This document shows positions 48,947 through 59,068 of a stretch of 64,000 nucleotides of DNA, piece after piece. The notes under the pieces were generated by a model. That model did not search any database and was not told the DNA's origin. It saw only the letters and a list, made by a program, of their open reading frames with translations. The translations under genes were made by a program, and so were the position numbers. How positions within the stretch are numbered: position 1 is the first letter of the stretch; every line of letters begins with the position of its first letter. Origin of the DNA: Verrucomicrobiia bacterium (lineage in GTDB: Bacteria; Verrucomicrobiota; Verrucomicrobiia; Limisphaerales; UBA1319); the NCBI GenBank assembly GCA_963664225.1, contig OY760937.1, forward strand, positions 544,001-608,000, in the 5' to 3' direction.

Positions 48947-49768
48947 TTACAGGTGCAGCGTGGTGTTCGCCGCATGCTGCTGGGATAACTCGAGTTTGAC
49001 GTGCAGCGCCCCTATTTGCTCCAGGCGTGTGGCGATCACCCGGCGGGCGATTTCAGGACGGTTGCAGTCTTCACTGAGATGGGCCAAAAACACATGCTTG
49101 AGCTCGGCGGACATGACCTGGGCCAGGGCGTCAGCGGCCGCTTCGTTTGAAAGATGCCCATGCCGGCTCATGATGCGTTGTTTAAGGCTCCAGGGACGCC
49201 GGATATCGTTTTGGAGTAATTCCGGATCATGGTTGGATTCCAAGAAAAGGACATTCGCGGAACGGATCCGATCCAAAGCCATTTTCGTGACATGCCCCAA
49301 ATCCGTTAAAAATCCGATATGCCCCGCCGTGGTACGCAGCAGGAAACCGGTGGGATCCTGGGCGTCATGGGGCACGCTGAAGCTATCCACAACCACATCG
49401 CCGATCTCGAAGCTTGCACCGGTCTCAAACAGTTTGAAGCTCAGAGCCGTTTTGGACTGGCTTTGAATGGCCTCTTGCGTGAACCGATTGCAGTAAATGG
49501 GTATCTTCAGTTTCGAACAAAGCACGGCCAGCGAGGAAATGTGGTCCGAATGCTCATGCGTAATCAAAATACCCGAAAGCGATTCCGGTGATTTGCCGAT
49601 GGCGGCCAGTCTTTGGTGGATTTGCCGGGAACTGAAGCCGGCATCAATTAATATGCGCGCCCCTCCTGTTTCCACATAGGTGCTATTGCCTTTGGAACCA
49701 CTGCCCAATATCGTAATCTGCACTGACACGGCGGGCAACTTAAGGGGGGAGGCAGGCGCGGGCAACAT
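48947..49768 (-). CDS. MBL-fold metallo-hydrolase (YycJ/WalJ/PhnP-like)
   Basis: LGSGSKGN, THEHSDH, HDA, TDLG, ESNHD, GHLSN, HLS. Confidence 0.9.
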   Translation of the reverse strand: MLPAPASPLKLPAVSVQITILGSGSKGNSTYVETGGARILIDAGFSSRQIHQRLAAIGKSPESLSGILITHEHSDHISSLAVLCSKLKIPIYCNRFTQEAIQSQSKTALSFKLFETGASFEIGDVVVDSFSVPHDAQDPTGFLLRTTAGHIGFLTDLGHVTKMALDRIRSANVLFLESNHDPELLQNDIRRPWSLKQRIMSRHGHLSNEAAADALAQVMSAELKHVFLAHLSEDCNRPEIARRVIATRLEQIGALHVKLELSQQHAANTTLHL

Positions 49769-49848
49769 TATTAAAAACAGGGAGGGGAGCCTGCATGCCG
49801 GAAAGTATTTTCCAGGGGATCGATTGCTCGAAGTTGAACGTTAAAAAC

Positions 49849-49865
49849 TTGGCATGCCAAATGCG
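49849..49865 (+). promoter_or_regulatory. Sigma54 -24/-12 element upstream of rpoN
   Basis: TTGGCATGCCAAATGCG with TGGC-N7-ATGC spacing. Confidence 0.65.
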
Positions 49866-49925
49866 GAGCAATCTTAATGCCGGGTTTTTCTTGTTATTTT
49901 GGATCGGCGGTATAGGCTGTTGGCA

Positions 49926-51425
49926 ATGGCACAGGGTTTATACTTGTCACAGAAGATGATGCTGACGCAGGTGCTGGCGCCGCAGCTCCAGCAGTCACTC
50001 GTCCTGTTGCAGGCACCGACCTTGGAATTGAAAGCTCTGGTCGAACAGGAGCTCCAACAAAATCCTGTGCTGGAAGAGCTTGCCCCCTCCGAATCCGAAC
50101 AGGAATCGTCGGACTCTACTTCCGATGACGATTCGCAGCCGACAATTGATGCCGCCGAACCCCCTGCGGATGTTAATTTCGATCCTGCGACTGAAAAACC
50201 CTCGACCGATCCAGTGGACGATTTTCAGGCCGAATTCGATCGTTTGAATCAATTGGATCAGGAATGGCGGGACCATTTTAACCAGACGAACCTTCCTTCG
50301 AAGCAAAGGGAGGACGAAGAGGAAAAACGGCAGTTCATGTTCGATTCCCTGACCGTCAAGACATCCTTGCAGGAAGATCTCCTTGAGCAGGTCAGAACTT
50401 CGGAGCTATCCAAGGACAATCTTGCCATCGCGGAAATGATCATTGGGAATATCGACGACAATGGCTATTTGAAGGCCTCCGTCGATGAACTGGCGTTTTC
50501 GACGAATATCCCCTCGGATCAAGTCACCGACACGCTCAAGGTGATCCAAGCCTTCGATCCTGCGGGCGTGGGTGCACGGGACTTGAAGGAGTGTCTGCTT
50601 TTGCAATTGGAACGGACCCACAGGGAGCACACGCTGGAATACATCGTCGTTCGGGATCATTTGGAAGCTTTGGGACGTCGGCGCTTGCCGGAAATTGCCC
50701 GCGCACTGGATGCCGATGTCGTGGATGTCCAGGAGGCTGCCGAGCGGATTGCCCAATTGGAGCCGCATCCCGGGCGCTCCTTTCTTCCTGATAATGACCA
50801 ATACGTGGTGCCTGAGATTTTTGTGCGCAAAAACGGGGACGAATACGTGGTCACCACCAACAGCGATTACGTTCCACACCTGCGCATCAGCCACGCATAC
50901 AAGGATTTGATGGCCCAGGCCAATAGCTCATCGGAGGTCAGGGAATACATTCGAGACAAGATTCGCGCCGGCAAGTTCCTCATCAAAAGCCTCCACCAGA
51001 GGCAGCAAACGATCTTGAACATCGCGCAGCAGATTGTGTTGCGCCAGCGTGACTTTCTCGATAACGGGGTCGCGCATCTCAAACCCATGACCATGCTCCA
51101 GGTGGCCGAAGTCGTTGGAGTTCATGAAACCACGGTCAGCCGCGCCGTGGCAGGCAAGTATATTGAGACGCCTCAGGGCGTTTTTGAGATGAAATATTTC
51201 TTCACTTCTGGAATGCAAACAACCAGCGGTTCGGACATTTCAAACACCAGCATCAAAGACATGGTGGCTGAAATGGTGAAAAAGGAAGACACCTCTATTC
51301 CCCTGTCAGACGAGCAGATTGTAAAACTTTTGATGGAAAAAGGCATTAAAATCGCCCGTCGCACGGTCGCCAAATATCGGTCTGAGCTCAATATTCTCCC
51401 CTCCACATTAAGAAAAGTCTACTGA
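49926..51425 (+). CDS. rpoN: RNA polymerase sigma-54 factor
   Basis: Q/L-rich region I, HETTVSR HTH, RpoN box ARRTVAKYR. Confidence 0.97.
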   Translation: MAQGLYLSQKMMLTQVLAPQLQQSLVLLQAPTLELKALVEQELQQNPVLEELAPSESEQESSDSTSDDDSQPTIDAAEPPADVNFDPATEKPSTDPVDDFQAEFDRLNQLDQEWRDHFNQTNLPSKQREDEEEKRQFMFDSLTVKTSLQEDLLEQVRTSELSKDNLAIAEMIIGNIDDNGYLKASVDELAFSTNIPSDQVTDTLKVIQAFDPAGVGARDLKECLLLQLERTHREHTLEYIVVRDHLEALGRRRLPEIARALDADVVDVQEAAERIAQLEPHPGRSFLPDNDQYVVPEIFVRKNGDEYVVTTNSDYVPHLRISHAYKDLMAQANSSSEVREYIRDKIRAGKFLIKSLHQRQQTILNIAQQIVLRQRDFLDNGVAHLKPMTMLQVAEVVGVHETTVSRAVAGKYIETPQGVFEMKYFFTSGMQTTSGSDISNTSIKDMVAEMVKKEDTSIPLSDEQIVKLLMEKGIKIARRTVAKYRSELNILPSTLRKVY

Positions 51426-51491
51426 GGCGGTGAGGCTTCGATTATTCGGCGTGGGCTCCTAATCGCCTCCAGCCTCCTTGCTGAGGCCGGA

Positions 51492-51974
51492 TTATTTTTT
51501 TCGCTCAAGTTGGGCCAGTTGGTCCACCAACCGTTCCAGAAAGGGGTGTTGAGCCATCTTCAGTCGGCGCCGCGCACGATCCAGGGTGAAAAAACCGGCG
51601 CGATCGACCTCGGGAAACTGTGCTATTTTTCCTGACCCCGTGGGCCATTCCAGGTCAAATGGAAAACTTTGAATGGGCTGGCTTTCATCCCAGTCCCCCT
51701 CGAATCCCCAGGCATAAACCACCTTTCCGCTGCGCTGGCGCACGCTGCCCAACTCCAGATAGGGAGGCTTCGGTTCCAGGCCGACTTCCTCTTTGAATTC
51801 GCGCATTGCCGTTTCCAGCAAACTTTCACCCGGTTCCACTTCCCCCTTGGGAATGCTCCAGCAATCAACATCCGAATGGGCGAAATAGGGGCCGCCTGGA
51901 TGTGCAATGAAAACCTCCAGTTCCCGCTTGCCATGGCGGTACATCAATAGACCGGAGCTGGTTTTATGCCGCAT
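51492..51974 (-). CDS. NUDIX hydrolase
   Basis: HPGGP..WSIPKG; Nudix box GEVEPGESLLETAMREFKEEVG. Confidence 0.9.
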   Translation of the reverse strand: MRHKTSSGLLMYRHGKRELEVFIAHPGGPYFAHSDVDCWSIPKGEVEPGESLLETAMREFKEEVGLEPKPPYLELGSVRQRSGKVVYAWGFEGDWDESQPIQSFPFDLEWPTGSGKIAQFPEVDRAGFFTLDRARRRLKMAQHPFLERLVDQLAQLERKK

Positions 51975-52064
51975 GTTGGCAAGACTAGATCAGTGTTAAT
52001 ATAAAGACAATAGTGAACGTCAAAGATTATTATGAAAATCTGACAGCCTCCCTTAGCCAATAAG

Positions 52065-52101
52065 AAAAAAACCGCAAGGCGGGGTTTAACCCACCTTGCG
52101 G
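52065..52101 (-). terminator. Intrinsic terminator of the Gfo gene
   Basis: A7 followed by CCGCAAGG...CCTTGCGG stem. Confidence 0.75.
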
Positions 52102-52143
52102 AGTATTCTCCACCGCAGGTGCGCGGAATTATATTACCACCGG

Positions 52144-53502
52144 CTAAATAAGCTTCCAGCCGTCCCGGTAAGTTCTGCGGACGAAGGCGTTGGCCTCGGG
52201 CAGGTTGGTGAACTTCATATTCTCGCCGTCCCAGCGCAGCTTGGTCAGCGTGAGTTCCTGGCGCAGGCTGGAGCGCAGGGCGATGTTGCCCAAAAGAACG
52301 ACCTCAGCCAGATGGCCGGCAAAGTCGAAGTTCGCTCCACCCGGGGCGCCGCCTTTGCAGGCTTCGATCCATTCCTTGTAATGGCCGATGGACCGCGGAA
52401 GAGTCTTGGGCGCGCCTTCATAATCCTTGAACTTCGCCACAGGGAACAGATGGTTGCCGAGGATCTTCCCCTTGTCGCCGATGAGCAGGCGGCCATTGGC
52501 GCCCATCTCCAGGTTTTCATCCAGGTCATCTGGGCGCTCAGGCCGCAGGCCGCCGTCGTACCAGGTCAGTTTACAGGGGGGCATGTCGCCTCGGGCAGGG
52601 AAGTTGTAGAACACCATGCTGCCGACGGGGTAAGTTTCCTCGTTAACACGGGTGGAGACGGCATGGACTGTGTCGGGATGCCCGAGTTTGAGCGCGCGAA
52701 AGACAGGGTCCATGGCATGGCACCCGATGTCTCCGAGCGCTCCCGTGCCGAAATCCCACCAACCGCGCCACACGAATGGAAGATAGGCGGGATTGAACGG
52801 ACGATAAGGGGCGGGGCCGAGCCATAGATCCCAGTTCAGTTCTTTGGGCACTGCGGGTTGTTCCTTGGGGCGGTCGACGCCCTGCGGCCAATAGACATTG
52901 AAGAGGCCGTTGGAGGGGCGGTCGGTCCAGATATGGACTTCGCGCACGGGGCCAATGGCCCCTGACCAGACCATTTCACAAAGACGCCGGGTTTCCTCGG
53001 ACGCCTGGCCCTGGTTCCCCATCTGGGTGGCCACTTTGTGTTCGCGTGCGGCCAGAGTCAGTTGCCGGGCTTCCCAGACGTCATGAGTGAGCGGTTTTTC
53101 GCAATAGACATGCTTGCCCAACTGGATCGCAGCCATCGACACGAAGGCATGCATATTGTCTGGCGTGGCGACCACCACCGCGTCGATGTCTTTTTGCTCA
53201 TCGAGCATTTTTCGATAGTCGATGTGTCTTTTGGCGTTGGGATATTTCTTGAAGACGTGATCGGCATGGTTCCAATCGACATCGCAAAGTGCGACGATGT
53301 TTTCGCTCTCCATGTTGCTCAGATCGGAGGCTCCCTGGCCACCGATTCCAATTCCAGCGATGTTGAGCTTGTTATTCGGTGAGGTCGCGCCGTTCAAGCC
53401 AAGTACATGGCCGGGAACGATCGTGAACGCGGTGGCTGCCACCGTCGCGCCGCGCAGGAAGTGCCGACGTGAGACAAGGTCAGGTTTGTTATCTTTTTTC
53501 AT
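52144..53502 (-). CDS. Tat-exported Gfo/Idh/MocA oxidoreductase
   Basis: SRRHFL, GIGGQG, HVYCEKPL, WDLWLGPAP, GALGDIGCH. Confidence 0.92.
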   Translation of the reverse strand: MKKDNKPDLVSRRHFLRGATVAATAFTIVPGHVLGLNGATSPNNKLNIAGIGIGGQGASDLSNMESENIVALCDVDWNHADHVFKKYPNAKRHIDYRKMLDEQKDIDAVVVATPDNMHAFVSMAAIQLGKHVYCEKPLTHDVWEARQLTLAAREHKVATQMGNQGQASEETRRLCEMVWSGAIGPVREVHIWTDRPSNGLFNVYWPQGVDRPKEQPAVPKELNWDLWLGPAPYRPFNPAYLPFVWRGWWDFGTGALGDIGCHAMDPVFRALKLGHPDTVHAVSTRVNEETYPVGSMVFYNFPARGDMPPCKLTWYDGGLRPERPDDLDENLEMGANGRLLIGDKGKILGNHLFPVAKFKDYEGAPKTLPRSIGHYKEWIEACKGGAPGGANFDFAGHLAEVVLLGNIALRSSLRQELTLTKLRWDGENMKFTNLPEANAFVRRTYRDGWKLI

Positions 53503-53664
53503 TTGATTTTGGGGTTGCTGCGGACCGTCCGGAAGCTTTGCAGTGGCGCGTGCCGATACTGACAGTTCGGGTTGAAAACCAAAGACACCGCGCTCTTACA
53601 TGGGTTGTCCGCTGACTCATACATGGAATCTTAGTAAGGTATGGGGACCATGGATCGAAGCAAT

Positions 53665-53692
53665 AAAAAAAGGCCGGAAAATCCGGCCTTTT
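53665..53692 (-). terminator. Intrinsic terminator of korAB
   Basis: AAAAAAAGGCCGGA-AAA-TCCGGCCTTTT. Confidence 0.85.
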
Positions 53693-53721
53693 GCGTGACT
53701 TGAAAAAGGAATGAAAACGCT

Positions 53722-54645
53722 TTAGCTCAGCCGTTCGAAGCTTTTCTTGAGAATCTGCCAATCCTTGAGCCCTTTGTATTTCTCCTGCACAGTGGCATTG
53801 ATCTTCGCCTCAGAGGCGTTTTTTGTCGGGCGATTCACCTGGTAGAAAATTCCGAAATAACCCGGGAACGGCGCATCGGCCAGTTTGTATGCGGCCACTT
53901 CGTCGGTCACATCGTGATCGGCGGGAATGGTCTGGAACACACCGCCTTTGCGGGGGTTGGCGGAATCGAATGCGCCCGGGTAAAACTCCACGCACTCGCT
54001 CAGGCATTCAATAATGCTGAAACCGTCGTGCTGCATCGCGGCCTCCATGACCTGGAGCAAATGCGCCGGATTGGTGCTTGAGGTTCTGGCCACGAACGTG
54101 GCTCCGGCCGCAATAACCTGCTTGACCGGGTTGATCGGGCGATCCACCGAACCCCAGTTGTCGGTCTTGCTCTTGAAACCGAGCGGGGAGGTGGGGGAGG
54201 TTTGCTTCTTGGTCAAACCATAAACGTTATTGTCCATCACCACGAGTGTCATGCGGATGTTCTTCCGCGCGGCGTGCGTGATGTGGTTGCCGCCAATGGA
54301 GAAGATGTCGCCATCCCCGCCAAAGACGAACACATGCAGATCAGGACGGCTCAGGGAAATGCCCGTGGCCAGGGGCAGGGAACGGCCGTGAATGAAATGG
54401 ACTCCGTGCGCCTGCACGAAATAGGGGAAACGGCTTGAGCAGCCGATCCCGGAAACGGATACGAAATTCTCGTGCTCCAGCTTTTGCTTTTCGATCAGCT
54501 TGTAGTAAAGGGCGAGCACCGAGAAATCGCCGCAGCCAGGGCACCACGTGGGGTGGTCGCCGGCGAGCTCTTTCTTGGTCAGTGGTGCGCGCAAATCGGA
54601 ATCAGGCGCTGTTGCTTTGGGGGGATCAATAACCGGGGAACTCAT
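53722..54645 (-). CDS. korB: 2-oxoacid:ferredoxin oxidoreductase beta subunit
   Basis: WCPGCGD, SGIGCS, GGDGD TPP motif, NNVYGLTK.Q.SPT; substrate specificity not determined. Confidence 0.9.
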   Translation of the reverse strand: MSSPVIDPPKATAPDSDLRAPLTKKELAGDHPTWCPGCGDFSVLALYYKLIEKQKLEHENFVSVSGIGCSSRFPYFVQAHGVHFIHGRSLPLATGISLSRPDLHVFVFGGDGDIFSIGGNHITHAARKNIRMTLVVMDNNVYGLTKKQTSPTSPLGFKSKTDNWGSVDRPINPVKQVIAAGATFVARTSSTNPAHLLQVMEAAMQHDGFSIIECLSECVEFYPGAFDSANPRKGGVFQTIPADHDVTDEVAAYKLADAPFPGYFGIFYQVNRPTKNASEAKINATVQEKYKGLKDWQILKKSFERLS

Positions 54646-54674
54646 AAATCATCAGTCCTTTCAATGGGGTGAAA

Positions 54675-56492
54675 TTATTTGGCGGATAGTTCGGCCAATT
54701 TTGCGTGAACGCGGTTCAGGATTTCTTTGACCTTGAAGGTCAAACCTTCGGTTTTGTTGATGCCCACAATGCGCGAGTCGCAATAACGCGCGCGCAAAAT
54801 TCCGGCCAACTGACCGTATCCGTGCAGCCCTTCGTCGTTGAGTTCAACCACGAAGATGTGCTTAAAGCCCGCAAAAATCTCCTCGATGCCCTCCGGCTGC
54901 GGGAACAGGTAACGCATGTGCAGCGAGGAGATGGCTTCGCCAGTGGACCGGGCCAGATCCACAGCCTCCTGAATGGGACCCTGGGTGGAACCCCAGCCCA
55001 CGAGGAGAACGTTGCCCTCGGATGGCCCATGCACTTTCGGCTTGGGCAGCGTGCGGGCCAGAGCCTGTATTTTCTTCCGGCGCTTGGCCGACATGGCGGT
55101 GTGTTGTTTGGCCGAGGAGGAGGGATGGCCATATTCGTCGTGTTCCAACCCGCCCGCCACCGGATAACGGCCATCCAGGATGCGTGTGCCGGGAACGCAC
55201 CGCTTGGAAATACCGTCGGGCGCGCTCAAGTCGTAAGCCTTGTTGGTGGCCACAGGAGTCAAATCCGGGGAGATGTCCTTGCAGACCTTTTCAAAATCAG
55301 GCGCCGGGAAGGCCTCGATGCGAGTGCCGATGGCCTGGTCGGAGAGAACAAAAACGGGCACGTTGTATTTGCGGGCCAGATGCACCGCTTCGGCCGCAGT
55401 ATAAAAGGCGTCCTCGACGTTTGCCGGAGCCAGAACGATGCGCGGGGCGTCGCCATGGCTGCCGTAAACGGCAAGGTTCAAATCGGACTGTTCCACCTGG
55501 GTGGGCAAACCGGTTGAGGGGCCGCCCCGCTGAACGTTGATCACCACCAGCGGCACTTCAGCCATGACTCCCCAACCCAGCGCTTCCATTTTGAGCGAGA
55601 TGCCCGGACCGCTGGAGCCTGTCACGGCAACGCGTCCGGCGTAGCTTGCGCCTAAGGCCATGCAGATGGCCGAAATTTCATCTTCGCACTGGACGAACGT
55701 CCCGCCGTATTTGGGCAGTTCGTGCCGCAGTAATTCCATGACTTCAGACCATGGCGTGATCGGATAGGCCGCGCCGAAACGCACCCCTGCGGCCACCAGA
55801 CCATAGGCGATGGATTCGTTGCCGCTCATCACGACCTGGCCGCCGGTTTTTCGCTGACTTTCGAAAAACTCAAAGGTCTCAACCAGCTTTTCAATGGAAT
55901 AATTGTGCCCGGATCGGAATGCGGTAAGGGCGTTTTCCAGCACTGTTGGGTCCTTGCCTCCAAATCGCTGGCCGATCAAACCAGTCAATTTTTCCACGTT
56001 CAGGTCATACATTTTGGCGATGAGACCCAGGACGAAAATATTTTTGCCTTTTTCGCGTCCGGCGCCCCCAATGGCTTCGATTGTCAGCGAGGAGATGGGC
56101 ACGCTGACATGATGGTAATCCTTTTCAAGTTCCGGTTTGGGAGTGACATGGTCGGAATCGAAAAGAACTATCCCTCCCTTTTTCAGGGAATTCATGTGCT
56201 CGTCGTAGGAGTGCTGGTAAAAGGCCACCAGCAAGTCGGCTTCGTCACCCGCGCTTTCAACGGTGCCGGAACTCATGCGAACCTGGAAAATGGAGGGCCC
56301 TCCGGATATGGTCGAGGGGATGGTCATGAAGGTCATGACCTCTTGTTCACTGCGCCCGGCCAGTCGGGCCAGAAAACCGCCAATGGCTTGAATGCCATCT
56401 TGCGAATTCCCGGCAAGGCGAATAACGACCTCGGAGATCTTGGACGTTTGCCCGCCACCAGTGGGCGGTGTCATCGTTGTTGTTTCACTCAT
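54675..56492 (-). CDS. korA: 2-oxoacid:ferredoxin oxidoreductase alpha subunit (gamma-fused)
   Basis: YPITP, EDEI, SSGPG, QRGGPSTGLPT. Confidence 0.9.
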   Translation of the reverse strand: MSETTTMTPPTGGGQTSKISEVVIRLAGNSQDGIQAIGGFLARLAGRSEQEVMTFMTIPSTISGGPSIFQVRMSSGTVESAGDEADLLVAFYQHSYDEHMNSLKKGGIVLFDSDHVTPKPELEKDYHHVSVPISSLTIEAIGGAGREKGKNIFVLGLIAKMYDLNVEKLTGLIGQRFGGKDPTVLENALTAFRSGHNYSIEKLVETFEFFESQRKTGGQVVMSGNESIAYGLVAAGVRFGAAYPITPWSEVMELLRHELPKYGGTFVQCEDEISAICMALGASYAGRVAVTGSSGPGISLKMEALGWGVMAEVPLVVINVQRGGPSTGLPTQVEQSDLNLAVYGSHGDAPRIVLAPANVEDAFYTAAEAVHLARKYNVPVFVLSDQAIGTRIEAFPAPDFEKVCKDISPDLTPVATNKAYDLSAPDGISKRCVPGTRILDGRYPVAGGLEHDEYGHPSSSAKQHTAMSAKRRKKIQALARTLPKPKVHGPSEGNVLLVGWGSTQGPIQEAVDLARSTGEAISSLHMRYLFPQPEGIEEIFAGFKHIFVVELNDEGLHGYGQLAGILRARYCDSRIVGINKTEGLTFKVKEILNRVHAKLAELSAK

Positions 56493-56712
56493 GTTATTAA
56501 GGGAATAAGGGCGTCTGCGCGACAGCGCTCAACTAGTTCTAATTATTGCTGTAATCAAATCTCATGCAAGCAAAGATTATTGCATACTACCATTGCCCCA
56601 TGGGCTGTCAAACGGGAATCGGACCATTTATCTTTCTGAACAGGTCCACATCCTGTTGCAAGTTAATCATTTGGGCCTTTTGAATCGCGATTGTAAATGC
56701 AGCGGCGGAGGC

Positions 56713-57798
56713 TCACTTCCAATAGAAGAAGAGCGTTTGGACATCTTTCGGGCTGTTGCGCCGGATCATGGCCACATAGGTCTTTTGGTAATTGCCGATG
56801 CGCGCCGTGACTTGCACTTCGTAAGTGGCGCTCATGACGGTGAAGTAGCGGCCGATTTGTTGGACGAGACCGCGATCCATCCCGGGTACGTTGATCAACT
56901 CACCCACATTTCGGAAAGGCGTATCGTCTTCGTTGCCTTCAACGCCATCGGGGCCAGCGCGCGTTTGCACGATGGCTTGGGCCGTATTCGAATCAATCGA
57001 AGGAATGAGTTGGAGCACTGCGGCAGAGGCGGTATTGATGTTGATCAGGCGGCCCGAAACGGGCGTGAATAAATCCTTGAGACCGACCTGGTAGTCGAGT
57101 GTTTCATCGCTGTGGAGGCGTTTGGATTGGACCCTGGAGGGAGGAGCGATGCTGGCCGTGGTGGCGTAATTCGTTCCCGCCGGACCCCAATACATTTCCG
57201 GTGTGATGTCTTTGATGAGCATGAGCTCGGTGAGATCGTCGATCGGGCCGTTTTTCGCGTAATAAGGAGTGGGCAAACCGAGGTAATAAGTGCTTTCCGC
57301 GCCGCTGACGCGTTTGGCGTCGTCCACATCCAGCCAATCGAGAATGGAGTCGATGATCGCGGGGGATTCGGCCGCATCCACCCCAATAAGGGTCATGGCT
57401 TGGCGCAGAATGACCTGATCGGCCACGTTAATATTAAAGAAACGTTCCTGATCGATGATTTTAACGGAAAAGGTTCCCGAACCCAATGGGACATTCTCCA
57501 ATTCGATATCTCCAAGAACTTCATTGGTGACTCCGATCCCCCCCGCCCATTTTTGGTTGAGGGAGTCATAGCGTTCATTGGGAACGCTCAATTGTTGGGC
57601 GACAACGTAGGAGGCCAATTCGACTCCCGAGCGGCCCAGCCACTCCAATTCATCTTCTGAATTGTGGTTTCTGGCCAGGCGCATTTCGACTTTCATCGAA
57701 TAGGCGAAGCCTCCGGCCAGGATGCCAAGGACAAACACCGCCACCATAACCATGAGGAGGGCGATGCCGCGGCAATCAGATTGCAATCGAATCTTCAT
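56713..57798 (-). CDS. gspK: T2SS minor pseudopilin K
   Basis: GIALLMV (no Glu5), I.DWLD.D, GAE..YY, ININTAS, HhH region. Confidence 0.9.
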   Translation of the reverse strand: MKIRLQSDCRGIALLMVMVAVFVLGILAGGFAYSMKVEMRLARNHNSEDELEWLGRSGVELASYVVAQQLSVPNERYDSLNQKWAGGIGVTNEVLGDIELENVPLGSGTFSVKIIDQERFFNINVADQVILRQAMTLIGVDAAESPAIIDSILDWLDVDDAKRVSGAESTYYLGLPTPYYAKNGPIDDLTELMLIKDITPEMYWGPAGTNYATTASIAPPSRVQSKRLHSDETLDYQVGLKDLFTPVSGRLININTASAAVLQLIPSIDSNTAQAIVQTRAGPDGVEGNEDDTPFRNVGELINVPGMDRGLVQQIGRYFTVMSATYEVQVTARIGNYQKTYVAMIRRNSPKDVQTLFFYWK

Positions 57799-58622
57799 GG
57801 AATCCTCACCGGGCTCGAATTCGGTCCACCAACGCCTCTGTTAATATTGCCGGGACCACCCGGTCCGATATTGCCGGGACCACCACCCGGCCCGAACCGG
57901 TTTCTATTGGTGGCTCCCGCCCCCGCGCCTGCCGGCATCTGGTATTCCTTGGGAACAACAATGGCGGGCAGGGCGATGACCCGGGTTACAATGTCATCGG
58001 GACTTGAGCGGTTGTTATCAGTGTGCCCGGTGCCCAGGGATATCCGAACCAGTTTGGGTAATTGATTGGTGCTCAGCCACTCGGAATCCCAATCGTTCTT
58101 ATTGGTACTCCAGTATTCCACGGCGAACGTGGTTACATCGCGGGCCAGGACCACCGCGAAAGGCTTTTGATTATCGTTAACTTCGGCCAACAACGGAGTC
58201 TGATACATGACCAATTGGTTCTGGCGATCCTGGCTGCCTTCGACCGTAAAGGTGACGCGCCGGACGACTTGGTCGCCAAAGAGGCCGGCATCCGGGAAGG
58301 AAGCGGGCAGGCGGGCAACAAAGCTCAGGTACGAAAACTCATTCTGACTCTCGGCATTGAAGGAGTAGTAATATTGGTTGGCGCCGTAGTCCTGAATGCA
58401 CAACAGCGAATCGATCAACGCACGCATGGTGATGCGCGAGCGCTGCACCCGGACGGCGGCCTCCATGCCAACTTTGCTGCTGCGTATGATGGTGGACCAG
58501 CTCGAGTAGATGGCGGTCAGAACCGCCATGAATATGCTCAAGGCGATCATGATTTCCAGAATCGTGAAGGCGAGTCTTCCCTGACGAATTTGGGTTGACC
58601 GATGGACGCTTTGGCTCTTCAT
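57795..58622 (-). CDS. gspJ: T2SS minor pseudopilin J
   Basis: AFTILEIMIA prepilin motif, W...W...LP..V.I; gene order. Confidence 0.82.
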   Translation of the reverse strand: MKSQSVHRSTQIRQGRLAFTILEIMIALSIFMAVLTAIYSSWSTIIRSSKVGMEAAVRVQRSRITMRALIDSLLCIQDYGANQYYYSFNAESQNEFSYLSFVARLPASFPDAGLFGDQVVRRVTFTVEGSQDRQNQLVMYQTPLLAEVNDNQKPFAVVLARDVTTFAVEYWSTNKNDWDSEWLSTNQLPKLVRISLGTGHTDNNRSSPDDIVTRVIALPAIVVPKEYQMPAGAGAGATNRNRFGPGGGPGNIGPGGPGNINRGVGGPNSSPVRIP

Positions 58623-59068
58623 TCCTGGCCTCCACCCATCCTTTGAAGTCCGCGTCCTCCTCCGGATCCAGCTTTCATGATCGAGCCGGGTCGGAACATC
58701 AGCAGGCTCATTTTGGTCACCCCGTTTTCACCGCCGCCATCACGAAAAACAGCGACGTCCACTTCGAACAGCCCGTTGGTGGAGACCAGATAAATGTCCC
58801 GCGTCCAGGAATATCCAGGATATGATTTTCCGAAATTCCCCGATGACGAGTATTCCTCGAGGCGATTGGTGAGCATTAAATCCTGAATCACCAGGGTGGG
58901 GTCCACGCCATGCGGCTGCAGCAACCGGGCGGCGCGCAGGTTCTGGTTGACCAGATCCAGGATGGCGAAAATGGCCAGGGCGAAAATGCCCATGGCGATC
59001 AGCACTTCCAACAGGGTGAAGGCGGCGGCACGAGCGGTCTTTCTGGGGTGTGCTTGGGTGGGGTTCAT
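58619..59068 (-). CDS. gspI: T2SS minor pseudopilin I
   Basis: AFTLLEVLIA; size and position between H and J. Confidence 0.78.
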   Translation of the reverse strand: MNPTQAHPRKTARAAAFTLLEVLIAMGIFALAIFAILDLVNQNLRAARLLQPHGVDPTLVIQDLMLTNRLEEYSSSGNFGKSYPGYSWTRDIYLVSTNGLFEVDVAVFRDGGGENGVTKMSLLMFRPGSIMKAGSGGGRGLQRMGGGQE

